DNA of 35,490 nucleotides, taken from IMG/VR virus record IMGVR_UViG_3300020045_008761, positions 1 through 35,490 of that record; one strand, given 5' to 3'. A program made the translations under genes and the position numbers. Origin of the DNA: a virus (lineage: Duplodnaviria; Caudoviricetes). Numbering within the stretch: the first letter of the stretch is position 1; every line of letters starts with the position of its first letter. Positions 7,404-14,381 of this stretch are shown in pieces. Below the pieces are notes generated by a model. That model did not search any database, was not told where the DNA came from, and saw nothing but the letters and a program-made list of their open reading frames with translations.

Positions 7404-7670
7404 TTATTTAGATTTTAAACTCCACCAGAAAAACTTACCCATAGCATCTCTGCCTCTTCTATTATCGATGTCTTTGCAAACACTGATAAAGTAGTACAAG
7501 TCTTTAGTTGGTATATGGCTCAGTTTTATAGCTATCATCCTGGCGGAAAAAGATTTGTTGTTTTTGTTTCGCAGATTATCTACAAAGAAAGAAATTAGTT
7601 CAGCTCGTTCACTGGTTTTCTTTTCTTTCTTTAACTGCTTATTTAATATTATTTTATCTATCTGTTCCAT
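7404..7670 (-). CDS. Basic helical hypothetical protein
   Basis: 88-aa ORF downstream of a structured leader. Confidence 0.75.
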   Translation of the reverse strand: MEQIDKIILNKQLKKEKKTSERAELISFFVDNLRNKNNKSFSARMIAIKLSHIPTKDLYYFISVCKDIDNRRGRDAMGKFFWWSLKSK

Positions 7671-7684
7671 TGTATTAAGTATGA

Positions 7685-7845
7685 GGCCGCTTTTCCCTCT
7701 GATCCCCTACTGGGCGGTACTGGTGAGCTCCTCTATTTAGTATTGGTTATATCTAATTAAAGACTTAATGAAATAAGAAGCATATCAGATGGACGGGCAA
7801 GAGCGGCCAACTTGTTTTCCCGTCTTTCGCATATACTCCCTATTT
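7685..7845 (-). promoter_or_regulatory. Long hairpin whose loop can pair next to the downstream start (pseudoknot-like leader)
   Basis: 15-bp outer stem 7771-7785/7831-7845, inner GACGGG/CCCGUC, loop UUGGCCGCU complementary to AGCGGCC at 7691-7685. Confidence 0.6.
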
Positions 7846-7853
7846 CAAATTAC

Positions 7854-8180
7854 AAATTCTCTGAAGACTGGATAGGTTGGTTAATAATTATTTATCTTTG
7901 AGGGGGGATTCGTAATATCTCTTTCCCTCTTCTTCTAATTTCTTTACTTCTTCGCTGATTGAGTTTTTTTCAACCAATTCTATTGAGTAATAACACCAAT
8001 TTTTCTTATGAGTTCCTCTAAGATGACCAGCGATAGCAGTTCCAACTCCTTCAAGTAGGCTCCTCGCATGGTCATATTGGAAATCTGAGCCAGCCTCAAA
8101 TCCTATTACGAGTTTTAAACACTCGCCATTATGTTTTTCCATGTTTGTTCTATTTAGCCTATCCAGTTGTCAAAGAACTT
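7854..8180 (-). repeat. About 25-bp imperfect inverted repeats flanking one ORF; upstream arm is boxA-like
   Basis: AAGTTCTTTGACAACTGGATAGG (8180-8158) pairs with CCTATCCAGTCTTCAGAGAATTT (7876-7854). Confidence 0.75.
7888..8142 (-). CDS. Hypothetical protein
   Basis: 84-aa ORF enclosed by the inverted repeats. Confidence 0.7.
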   Translation of the reverse strand: MEKHNGECLKLVIGFEAGSDFQYDHARSLLEGVGTAIAGHLRGTHKKNWCYYSIELVEKNSISEEVKKLEEEGKRYYESPLKDK

Positions 8181-8225
8181 TGGTTTACCAGAGGAGTTTT
8201 ACTTCTTACCCCTGAAAGGAAGGTT

Positions 8226-8447
8226 CTAACCAATTTTATTTTTATTATAGAGTTCGACAAAAAAAGCCAACGCCTCTACAGGATCGTCAGCTTCTACTCT
8301 GTCAATAGTTAAACCTCTGCCATAAGCACAAACCCATTTATCCTTTGCAGTCGAATAGTGGAGAGAAAAGCCAGCAAAAAATTCTTTGCCATCTTTTTCT
8401 TTTCCAGCGTATTTCTGTTTTGGGATTGAGTTAATAAGTTTCTCCAT
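8226..8447 (-). CDS. Hypothetical protein
   Basis: 73-aa ORF, first gene after promoter 8524-8552. Confidence 0.75.
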   Translation of the reverse strand: MEKLINSIPKQKYAGKEKDGKEFFAGFSLHYSTAKDKWVCAYGRGLTIDRVEADDPVEALAFFVELYNKNKIG

Positions 8448-8459
8448 AATAACCGATCA

Positions 8460-8517
8460 ACAAAAAAGGTTGCGAACGATTTGCTTTATCGCAACCAACC
8501 TTTTTTGTGCAAATCGT
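8460..8517 (-). terminator. Leader terminator/attenuator-like hairpin with an alternative pairing
   Basis: GGUUGCGA/UCGCAACC stem followed by U6; 5' ACGAUUUGC is complementary to loop GCAAAUCGU. Confidence 0.65.
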
Positions 8518-8523
8518 ACTGTA

Positions 8524-8552
8524 ATAATAACCAATCATTTACGACATATCAA
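8524..8552 (-). promoter_or_regulatory. Sigma70-type promoter TTGATA-17-TATTAT
   Basis: -35 at 8552-8547, -10 at 8529-8524; DnaA-box-like site at 8571-8579. Confidence 0.7.
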
Positions 8553-8625
8553 GTATAGATTATCTAAAAGTGTTGATAACTTGCATATTAGTAGCATTAC
8601 AAAACACTTTATGATACTATGTAAA

Positions 8626-8707
8626 GGTGGAAGTTGACTAGATCGGCTTTAACCCACATCTAAATTAGATAAAAACAAAAAAACTGCTTTATGGGCAGTC
8701 TTTTTGT
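8626..8707 (+). ncRNA. Candidate ~80-nt small RNA
   Basis: TAGCAT-17-TACTAT with extended TG (8592-8620), two hairpins, then terminator ACTGC/GCAGT-CTTTTT; no ORF. Confidence 0.4.
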
Positions 8708-8720
8708 GATAAGTAGTACA

Positions 8721-8793
8721 TAAACATTATAACAAAAAAGGACAAGATTTCTCAAGTCCCTTTTTGCTTCGCGGCGCGTTAAACATTATAACA
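8721..8793 (-). repeat. Two copies of TAAACATTATAACA (TGTTATAAT extended -10 on the minus strand), each followed downstream by a terminator-like hairpin
   Basis: Copies at 8721-8734 and 8780-8793; hairpins at 8676-8707, 8733-8766 and 8794-8863. Confidence 0.7.
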
Positions 8794-8898
8794 GAAAACT
8801 GCTATACAAGCTACACCCAGTGTTTATCTCATACGAGCACCAAGTGTTCTCAAAGCAGTTTTCACTAGCGTAGGGTTACTGACATTTATTAAAATTGT

Positions 8899-9186
8899 TC
8901 AGATACCCTTTTTAAGTATATAATACTTACTAGATTTTTTATACTGTTCATAACATTCACGAGAGCAAAAAACACTTCTTATTTTTTTATAAGTCTGTAT
9001 AAAAACCCTATCACACTCCTTGCAAATAAAAGTTCTTTCATTTAGGGGCCGTAATTCTACAGGAATTTTCCTGTTTAAGGTGACGCCGGTCGAAAGGGTA
9101 CAGATAGGACACTTAGAAGCATATTTTGAAATTATAAAATCGCAGTGAGGACAGATAATGTTTCGGTAAGAATCTTTCATTTTCAT
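8899..9186 (-). CDS. Zinc-finger protein
   Basis: CPHC, CPIC, CKEC and FCSRECY motifs. Confidence 0.7.
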   Translation of the reverse strand: MKMKDSYRNIICPHCDFIISKYASKCPICTLSTGVTLNRKIPVELRPLNERTFICKECDRVFIQTYKKIRSVFCSRECYEQYKKSSKYYILKKGI

Positions 9187-9194
9187 AAAAGTAT

Positions 9195-10136
9195 TTAGTG
9201 TTTTGGTATGAAAGATAAAATATGGGCGACCACATCCACATTGAAAGCATTGCCGAGCATTTTGTATCGCTGTGTGTTTGAAACTCCTTCGGTGTAATTA
9301 TCTGGAAGTCCTTGCAATCGTTCACATTCCACTGGCGTTAGTTTTCGGACAAAATCTTTTACAGCATATAGTCCAGTTTTAGCACCACGCCCACCGCCAA
9401 GAGCAGAAAGAGCAGTTGATTTTGCTTCAATGGAATACACTCTATCCCCCTGCCCCCCTTTTCCTATTTTTGCAATTCTTACTGGTTTTGTAATTACTTG
9501 TTGGAATGTTGATGAGCGACTTGTGCCACACCCCGTTCCTAACGTATAGGATTTATCCCACAAAACCTTATTATTGTAGTCGGAATAAACTCCATTGTAT
9601 TCGTGGTCTAGCTGTAAAATATCTTTTAGAACAATCTCTTTATCATCAGGCAACTTCACATTCGGTATGTTCGTCCAAAACAATCTCTTACGATTTTGAG
9701 CTGATACAAGTGAGGCGTTTATCATTATCGGTTCTACCCCGAGAGTTTCGGTGATGACTTGCTTGGCTTCCTTTGGCATTGAGTTCACATTCTCAAGTAT
9801 GAAGTATTTTGGTTTGACTTCTTTTAAGATACGGACATACTCCCAGAATAATCCCGAGCGTTCGCCATCTAGTCCTTTACGGTCTTTCTTGGCGATTGAG
9901 AGATCTTGGCAAGGAGAGCCACCGATAAGCAAGTCAATATTCCTTGTCTCTTCAAAATTTAGAGGTTTAAAATCTACTACGCTTCCAACATGGACTATGT
10001 AGGGATAGTTTTTTTGGCTTATTTGAATTGCATACTTGTCTATCTCACTGGCATAATATTCATCCGCCTGAATACCAGCCTTTTCTAAAGCAACTCTGGC
10101 ACACGATATACCGTCAAATAAAGATAAAATTTTCAT
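9195..10136 (-). CDS. DNA (cytosine-5)-methyltransferase
   Basis: LSLFDG, GGSPCQDLS, ENV, QNRKRLFW, RKLTPVECERLQG, YKMLGN motifs. Confidence 0.96.
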   Translation of the reverse strand: MKILSLFDGISCARVALEKAGIQADEYYASEIDKYAIQISQKNYPYIVHVGSVVDFKPLNFEETRNIDLLIGGSPCQDLSIAKKDRKGLDGERSGLFWEYVRILKEVKPKYFILENVNSMPKEAKQVITETLGVEPIMINASLVSAQNRKRLFWTNIPNVKLPDDKEIVLKDILQLDHEYNGVYSDYNNKVLWDKSYTLGTGCGTSRSSTFQQVITKPVRIAKIGKGGQGDRVYSIEAKSTALSALGGGRGAKTGLYAVKDFVRKLTPVECERLQGLPDNYTEGVSNTQRYKMLGNAFNVDVVAHILSFIPKH

Positions 10137-10152
10137 AAAAGTATTTTAACAT

Positions 10153-11793
10153 TTAAAATAATGGGGTTGTAATTTCCGTTAATCTAGCTTCGATTATTGG
10201 TATGTATTCCGGTGTCAGTTCTATGCCGATGTATTGAAAGCCATTTTGTTTAGCGGCAACTAATGTAGTGCCTGAACCTGCAAATGGGTCTAATACTATT
10301 CGACCTTTAGGAGTTACCATTTTTATTAGATATTCCATAAGGGCGATGGGTTTAACTGTGGGGTGGTGGTTGGTTCTAAGCCTGTTATGGTTCGTAGTAC
10401 TTGTGCCATCTTGATTACTAAACTCACCACCAGACATTTTGCTAGCGTTCTTCTCCTCCAACCCCTCACACCCCATATTCCTCTCACTCTTACTTGCCTT
10501 TGCTTGATAGATTATTGATTTGAAGAAACGAGAGGCATTGCCTGAGTCGTAGTTTATCCTTTCTCCCGTTAAGTGCTTATTCCCTCCATTAAATACAGTT
10601 GTTGTACCACTGCTTTTTGCTGGAAAACCACCTTTACCAGTTTCAGGAAAAAACTCTCTTACTTCTTCACTGTTGTCGTGGATTAAATTAGCTGGAAAGC
10701 GACCAGTTCTTTCATTTCCAGTTTCTACTGTTTCGTAGTGTCCATAAATTCCACCATCACCAGTATTTCCTTTTCCGTTTGAGTGAGTTGTGATTACTTC
10801 ACTACTTTCCACCCTACTCTCATCTATATTTATTCCACCTGTTCCATACTTCAAGACATTTTCTGCTACTGTCTTTTCTGCTAGTGGTTTACGAGCCATA
10901 CAGATAGGTTCGTGTGATGGTTTTAACGCCGTGCCAAAACCTCCTGTGCCTCGTATTGCTTGTGCATCGCATTGTTCGCAAACAACATTAAGTTCTCCAA
11001 GCGATTGTCCAATGGCTTGTGATTTATATGATGAACACACTCCGTTCTCGTCAATAACCTCCCAAGATGTTTCGCCATTATTAGTCTGTGTTCCATAACA
11101 TACCCATCTTTTCTTGCCATTAACAAAAAGTCCTGTGGGCATCTCACATATTTGACACTTACAGTATAATTCCCCTTGCGGTGTCGGTAAGTCGCCCCAC
11201 CTTTCCAAGCAGGATTGTCTTTGCCTTTCGGAAAACGGAATGATTTTGCTTTCGCTTCTGGGGTGTGTAAATATTTTGTGTTGTGTTCCTTTGTCCAAGT
11301 CCTCCAACAAATCCGACAAATCCCTCCTGTCGTTATTTTCTTTTTGAGCCAAGGTCTTAGATATAATGGCTTTCCACACATCTTGCATTTGTGATTGGGT
11401 TTTCTGTTGGGTTGTTTCATACTCTCCCATATTACCATATCCATACTTCTTTAACAAGTGTTTTTGTATGTTTAGAGATTTCGGAAATCCGCTCCCGTAT
11501 ATATATTCAATCATATCTCTCACTTCAAAACCTGCGTCTTCAATAGCTACTGCCATTCGGTGGTAGGTTCTAGTTCCTGAAAAAGCTAGTAAGTGTCCTC
11601 CTGGCTTTAATACCCTTAGACACTCGCCCCACATATCTTTATTGTTAGCGATGCCTGTGTTATCCCAAGACTTACCCATAAAGCCTAGTTCGTATGGTGG
11701 ATCAGTTACTATACTATCAACCGAGTTTTCAGGTAAAATTTTTAAAACCTCTAAACAATCCCCTTGTATTACTTTATTTATATACTGATCCAT
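10153..11793 (-). CDS. DNA N6-adenine/N4-cytosine methyltransferase (beta class) with a large insertion
   Basis: DPPY, GSGFPKS, GTALKPSHEPI, GRFPAN, HPTVKP, LDPFAGSGTT. Confidence 0.96.
   Translation of the reverse strand: MDQYINKVIQGDCLEVLKILPENSVDSIVTDPPYELGFMGKSWDNTGIANNKDMWGECLRVLKPGGHLLAFSGTRTYHRMAVAIEDAGFEVRDMIEYIYGSGFPKSLNIQKHLLKKYGYGNMGEYETTQQKTQSQMQDVWKAIISKTLAQKENNDRRDLSDLLEDLDKGTQHKIFTHPRSESKIIPFSERQRQSCLERWGDLPTPQGELYCKCQICEMPTGLFVNGKKRWVCYGTQTNNGETSWEVIDENGVCSSYKSQAIGQSLGELNVVCEQCDAQAIRGTGGFGTALKPSHEPICMARKPLAEKTVAENVLKYGTGGINIDESRVESSEVITTHSNGKGNTGDGGIYGHYETVETGNERTGRFPANLIHDNSEEVREFFPETGKGGFPAKSSGTTTVFNGGNKHLTGERINYDSGNASRFFKSIIYQAKASKSERNMGCEGLEEKNASKMSGGEFSNQDGTSTTNHNRLRTNHHPTVKPIALMEYLIKMVTPKGRIVLDPFAGSGTTLVAAKQNGFQYIGIELTPEYIPIIEARLTEITTPLF
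10923..11444 (-). CDS. HNH homing endonuclease nested in the +1 frame of the methyltransferase
   Basis: CKMC/CRIC, GKDNPAWKGG, YVMEHRLIMAKHLGR...VHHINHKPLDNRLENL; start may be 11420. Confidence 0.88.
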   Translation of the reverse strand: MDMVIWESMKQPNRKPNHKCKMCGKPLYLRPWLKKKITTGGICRICWRTWTKEHNTKYLHTPEAKAKSFRFPKGKDNPAWKGGATYRHRKGNYTVSVKYVRCPQDFLLMARKDGYVMEHRLIMAKHLGRLLTRTECVHHINHKPLDNRLENLMLFANNAMHKQYEAQEVLARR

Positions 11794-11845
11794 TCCCTTT
11801 ATTATAAAACTTTTTAAACTTTAATAAATAAAACCTGGGGACAAT

Positions 11846-11875
11846 AAAAAGGCCGTCCAAGCAGTTAGGACGGCC
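11846..11875 (-). terminator. Intrinsic terminator
   Basis: GGCCGTCC/GGACGGCC stem followed by U5 on the minus strand. Confidence 0.85.
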
Positions 11876-11926
11876 ACCATGCCTCTCTCTCCCCGAAAGA
11901 GGTCAAGGATTTATGCGGCTAGTATA

Positions 11927-12292
11927 TCACGCAACTCGTTTGGTCTGGTGCTTTTTGGCACGGACTACTCTTTCGAGTAGAGCAAGGACTTCCTCAGCAG
12001 TAGCATTCTTAAAAATCCGATGCCACGCCTCGTGCTTCTCAATGTCGATGAGGAGCAGGTTGTTGAGGGACTTATCACCCCCTCGGGATTTTGGCAAGAG
12101 AAAGTGATGCCAGTTCCGGCCTGCGAAACGCCGACGACTTTTTTTGGCTCGCCGCCGCCACCTGTTCTTTTTTCGCCAGGTGCCGCGAAAGACATCCATT
12201 ATGTACAATGTACTCTCCGAAGTTGACGACCCGTTCGTACCTTGAGGTGCGAATGTGGCATTCTCGGCAGTACCTCTCGTTGCCTTTTTCAT
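11927..12292 (-). CDS. Small HNH-motif nuclease-like protein (true start possibly 12199)
   Basis: WHHFLLPKSRGGDKSLNNLLLIDIEKHEAWHRIF. Confidence 0.75.
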   Translation of the reverse strand: MKKATRGTAENATFAPQGTNGSSTSESTLYIMDVFRGTWRKKNRWRRRAKKSRRRFAGRNWHHFLLPKSRGGDKSLNNLLLIDIEKHEAWHRIFKNATAEEVLALLERVVRAKKHQTKRVA

Positions 12293-12299
12293 AGTTCAT
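12075..12299 (-). CDS. Possible zinc-finger protein overlapping the HNH ORF
   Basis: YCRECH...VHNGCL (CxxC...HxxC); GAGGAGG directly upstream. Confidence 0.5.
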   Translation of the reverse strand: MNYEKGNERYCRECHIRTSRYERVVNFGEYIVHNGCLSRHLAKKEQVAAASQKKSSAFRRPELASLSLAKIPRG

Positions 12300-12308
12300 T
12301 GAACCTCC

Positions 12309-12563
12309 TCAATCAATCTTGATGTGTGCTTGACGTGCGAACTCCTGGTCAAATACGGTTACAGCGTTTACAGCCATAGGTGCAGGTGGCACCATTTGAG
12401 TCATAAGCTCAAGTGGTAGCATAGATTGACACTTGCGACCACAAGAACACTCCCACTCCACATAGAGTTGGTAGTCTGATGTGACGGACACGAAGTCAAC
12501 AGCGTACACCACCCTTTTGCAAGGGCATGTATATTGAACCTTGCGATAGGCGAACGGTATCAT
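12309..12563 (-). CDS. Cys-rich (zinc-ribbon-like) protein
   Basis: CPC...CSCGRKC; GAGGAGG 9 nt before ATG 12563. Confidence 0.65.
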   Translation of the reverse strand: MIPFAYRKVQYTCPCKRVVYAVDFVSVTSDYQLYVEWECSCGRKCQSMLPLELMTQMVPPAPMAVNAVTVFDQEFARQAHIKID

Positions 12564-12564
12564 T

Positions 12565-12735
12565 TTATGATACCTCCTCGAAAAGCGAGAGTTGCACTGG
12601 TCGCTTTTCACGTTGGAAAAGATACTGGTGACCTCTACAAAGTTTCAGCTCGACACTTCCTTGAGAGAAAATGTCAAAGGTACAAACTTTGTAGCAGTGC
12701 TGACAATACATTTCTTCGGTGCGAACGTACTGCAT
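12565..12735 (-). CDS. Small zinc-finger-like protein
   Basis: YCQHC...LCRGH; GAGGTG before ATG 12735; ends QLSLFEEVS. Confidence 0.6.
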   Translation of the reverse strand: MQYVRTEEMYCQHCYKVCTFDIFSQGSVELKLCRGHQYLFQREKRPVQLSLFEEVS

Positions 12736-12823
12736 ATAACACCTCACTATCAAAGAACATAAAACTTTAGTTTAATTATACACCCAAACTATTAGTCAAT
12801 AAAGAAAATCGGTTGATAACACA

Positions 12824-12843
12824 AACACCTCTTTCAAGGTGTT
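12824..12843 (-). terminator. Terminator-like hairpin at the end of the lysis module
   Basis: AACACCT/AGGTGTT inverted repeat. Confidence 0.45.
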
Positions 12844-12926
12844 CATGCAAATTCCTGTATTAGAAAAAGTTTGTGGTTTTCTAATAATGTCTTCGTTAGT
12901 CCACTTGGTTATAGCGATGTCCGAAG

Positions 12927-13376
12927 TTACTCCATAGGAAAGCCACTTCTAGTAAACCCTAGAATACTTTTGTCATCGAATTTAATCTTTCTGTATGTTA
13001 TTGGACAAGTAGGGTCTTTAGAAAAGTTTTGTTCTGAGATGTTTATTCCATCTGGGTCTATGCTTTCGACATAGGCCAGGTGGTATACATCACCATACTG
13101 CATTTTTACTATACCCCTTTTGATAGGAGGGGAGTTTAGCGTTATATCTAGGTTACGAGCGTCATATAGGGTAGGCATTGGTATACCTTTGGATCGAATA
13201 TACATAACGCACGAGCACTCAATTTTTAAGGGCTGTGTGGCTTCACTGGTGGCCTCTAGCTTAACGATAGTTTCAGAGGTGGGGATAGATACCTCTATTT
13301 TCTCTGTCAGAGGCTGATTTACTATTGGTTCTATTGGGGGAAGTGGGATTATGGATGAGGCAAATACAATAGGCAT
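12927..13376 (-). CDS. CHAP-domain amidase-like protein, likely exported
   Basis: CSCVMYIR...YHLAYVE...ISEQNF; Pro/Thr-rich linker. Confidence 0.75.
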   Translation of the reverse strand: MPIVFASSIIPLPPIEPIVNQPLTEKIEVSIPTSETIVKLEATSEATQPLKIECSCVMYIRSKGIPMPTLYDARNLDITLNSPPIKRGIVKMQYGDVYHLAYVESIDPDGINISEQNFSKDPTCPITYRKIKFDDKSILGFTRSGFPME

Positions 13377-13434
13377 AATCCAAGATAAAATACGTTCTAT
13401 ATTGGTTGGTTAATTGTAATCCTGAAGATAGGTT

Positions 13435-13683
13435 TTATTGAGCAAACTTAACTACGATCTTTTTTAGAAGACCATACAAAGTTTTGCAAGCACCAAAGAA
13501 AGCAACACCAAGTGTTACAGCGGTTCCTACTTGATCTGCGACAGTGTTCACTTCACCGGTGATTTGTGAGTAACCAAAGAAGACGGCAAGACCGCCCAAT
13601 AATTGAATTACGCCTTTTACTGTGTCAGCTAATTTTTGAGGGTCTTCACTTGAACTTAATGCACCGAATTTTCTATTTTCCAT
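13435..13683 (-). CDS. Holin-like two-TM membrane protein
   Basis: Two hydrophobic helices, basic C-terminus, lysis-module context. Confidence 0.6.
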   Translation of the reverse strand: MENRKFGALSSSEDPQKLADTVKGVIQLLGGLAVFFGYSQITGEVNTVADQVGTAVTLGVAFFGACKTLYGLLKKIVVKFAQ

Positions 13684-13693
13684 ATTTTAAATC

Positions 13694-13822
13694 TTAAATT
13701 ACTAATCTTAAAATCTCATTACAAAATTCCATAAAGGACTTTAAGCTAAAATAAATTATACATGAAAGCATGATGAGGAAAATGCCGAAAAAAATTAAAT
13801 CTGATTTAGTTATTGGATACAT
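13694..13822 (-). CDS. 42-aa membrane peptide
   Basis: Hand-translated MYPITKSDLIFFGIFLIMLSCIIYFSLK...; fills the gap. Confidence 0.5.
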   Translation of the reverse strand: MYPITKSDLIFFGIFLIMLSCIIYFSLKSFMEFCNEILRLVI

Positions 13823-13823
13823 A

Positions 13824-14381
13824 TTAGTCTACTATTTCGTAAATCCTAGTTTTTAAATTTCGTTTATACTCCATTTCATTTCTCCAACTTTCATCATCAT
13901 AATTACCTCTAAAAATGCCATCTAAAGACCCATTGGAAGCAATCCTCTCATTGGTTATATAGACTCCAACATGACCGTTTTTCTTTGGTGTTCGTGGACT
14001 GATTATTATTCTACCTTTATTCGGTAAATCTCTTGATTTAAACCTTTTATCACTCGCCAATTTATTATCTAAATCTCTTGTCGATGGGAGGATGGGGAAG
14101 TCAGGGAATACCTTTTTGAGCAGGGTACAGACCACTTGTGCACACGCCACATCATCCGATATTTCATCTCTAGGTGTTGGGTCAGTGTCTAGGGCATTTA
14201 GACACACTTTTATAAATTTTTCTTCGTTAGTTTCCATAATTGGGTGAATAATAGGTTGTAAATCTGGGTCTAAAATTGGTGGCAAATATTCCATCTCCTC
14301 AATTTCTTTTTTGGAGAGTAGAGTTAATAATTTCGCCAGCAATATTTGCAGACTTTTTAATAAGGTGGACAAGGAGTTCAT
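13824..14381 (-). CDS. NlpC/P60-superfamily amidase-like endolysin candidate
   Basis: VACAQVV...GRIIIS...NGHVGVY...IASN (Cys-His arrangement). Confidence 0.7.
   Translation of the reverse strand: MNSLSTLLKSLQILLAKLLTLLSKKEIEEMEYLPPILDPDLQPIIHPIMETNEEKFIKVCLNALDTDPTPRDEISDDVACAQVVCTLLKKVFPDFPILPSTRDLDNKLASDKRFKSRDLPNKGRIIISPRTPKKNGHVGVYITNERIASNGSLDGIFRGNYDDESWRNEMEYKRNLKTRIYEIVD

Noticed and set aside
8721-8793. Possible mini CRISPR array
   Set aside because: Only two 14-bp copies, which match a promoter element; no cas genes
8794-8863. tRNA-like cloverleaf
   Set aside because: About 70 nt with a closing stem, but no T-loop (TTCRA), D-loop or proper anticodon arm
9113-9325. Minus-strand 70-aa ORF overlapping the C5 methyltransferase end
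   Set aside because: No motif; both overlapped genes already explain the sequence
10923-11460. Intein or group I intron in the methyltransferase
   Set aside because: No Cys/Ser start with His-Asn end in the MTase frame, the nuclease is in another frame, and there is no non-coding room for an intron core
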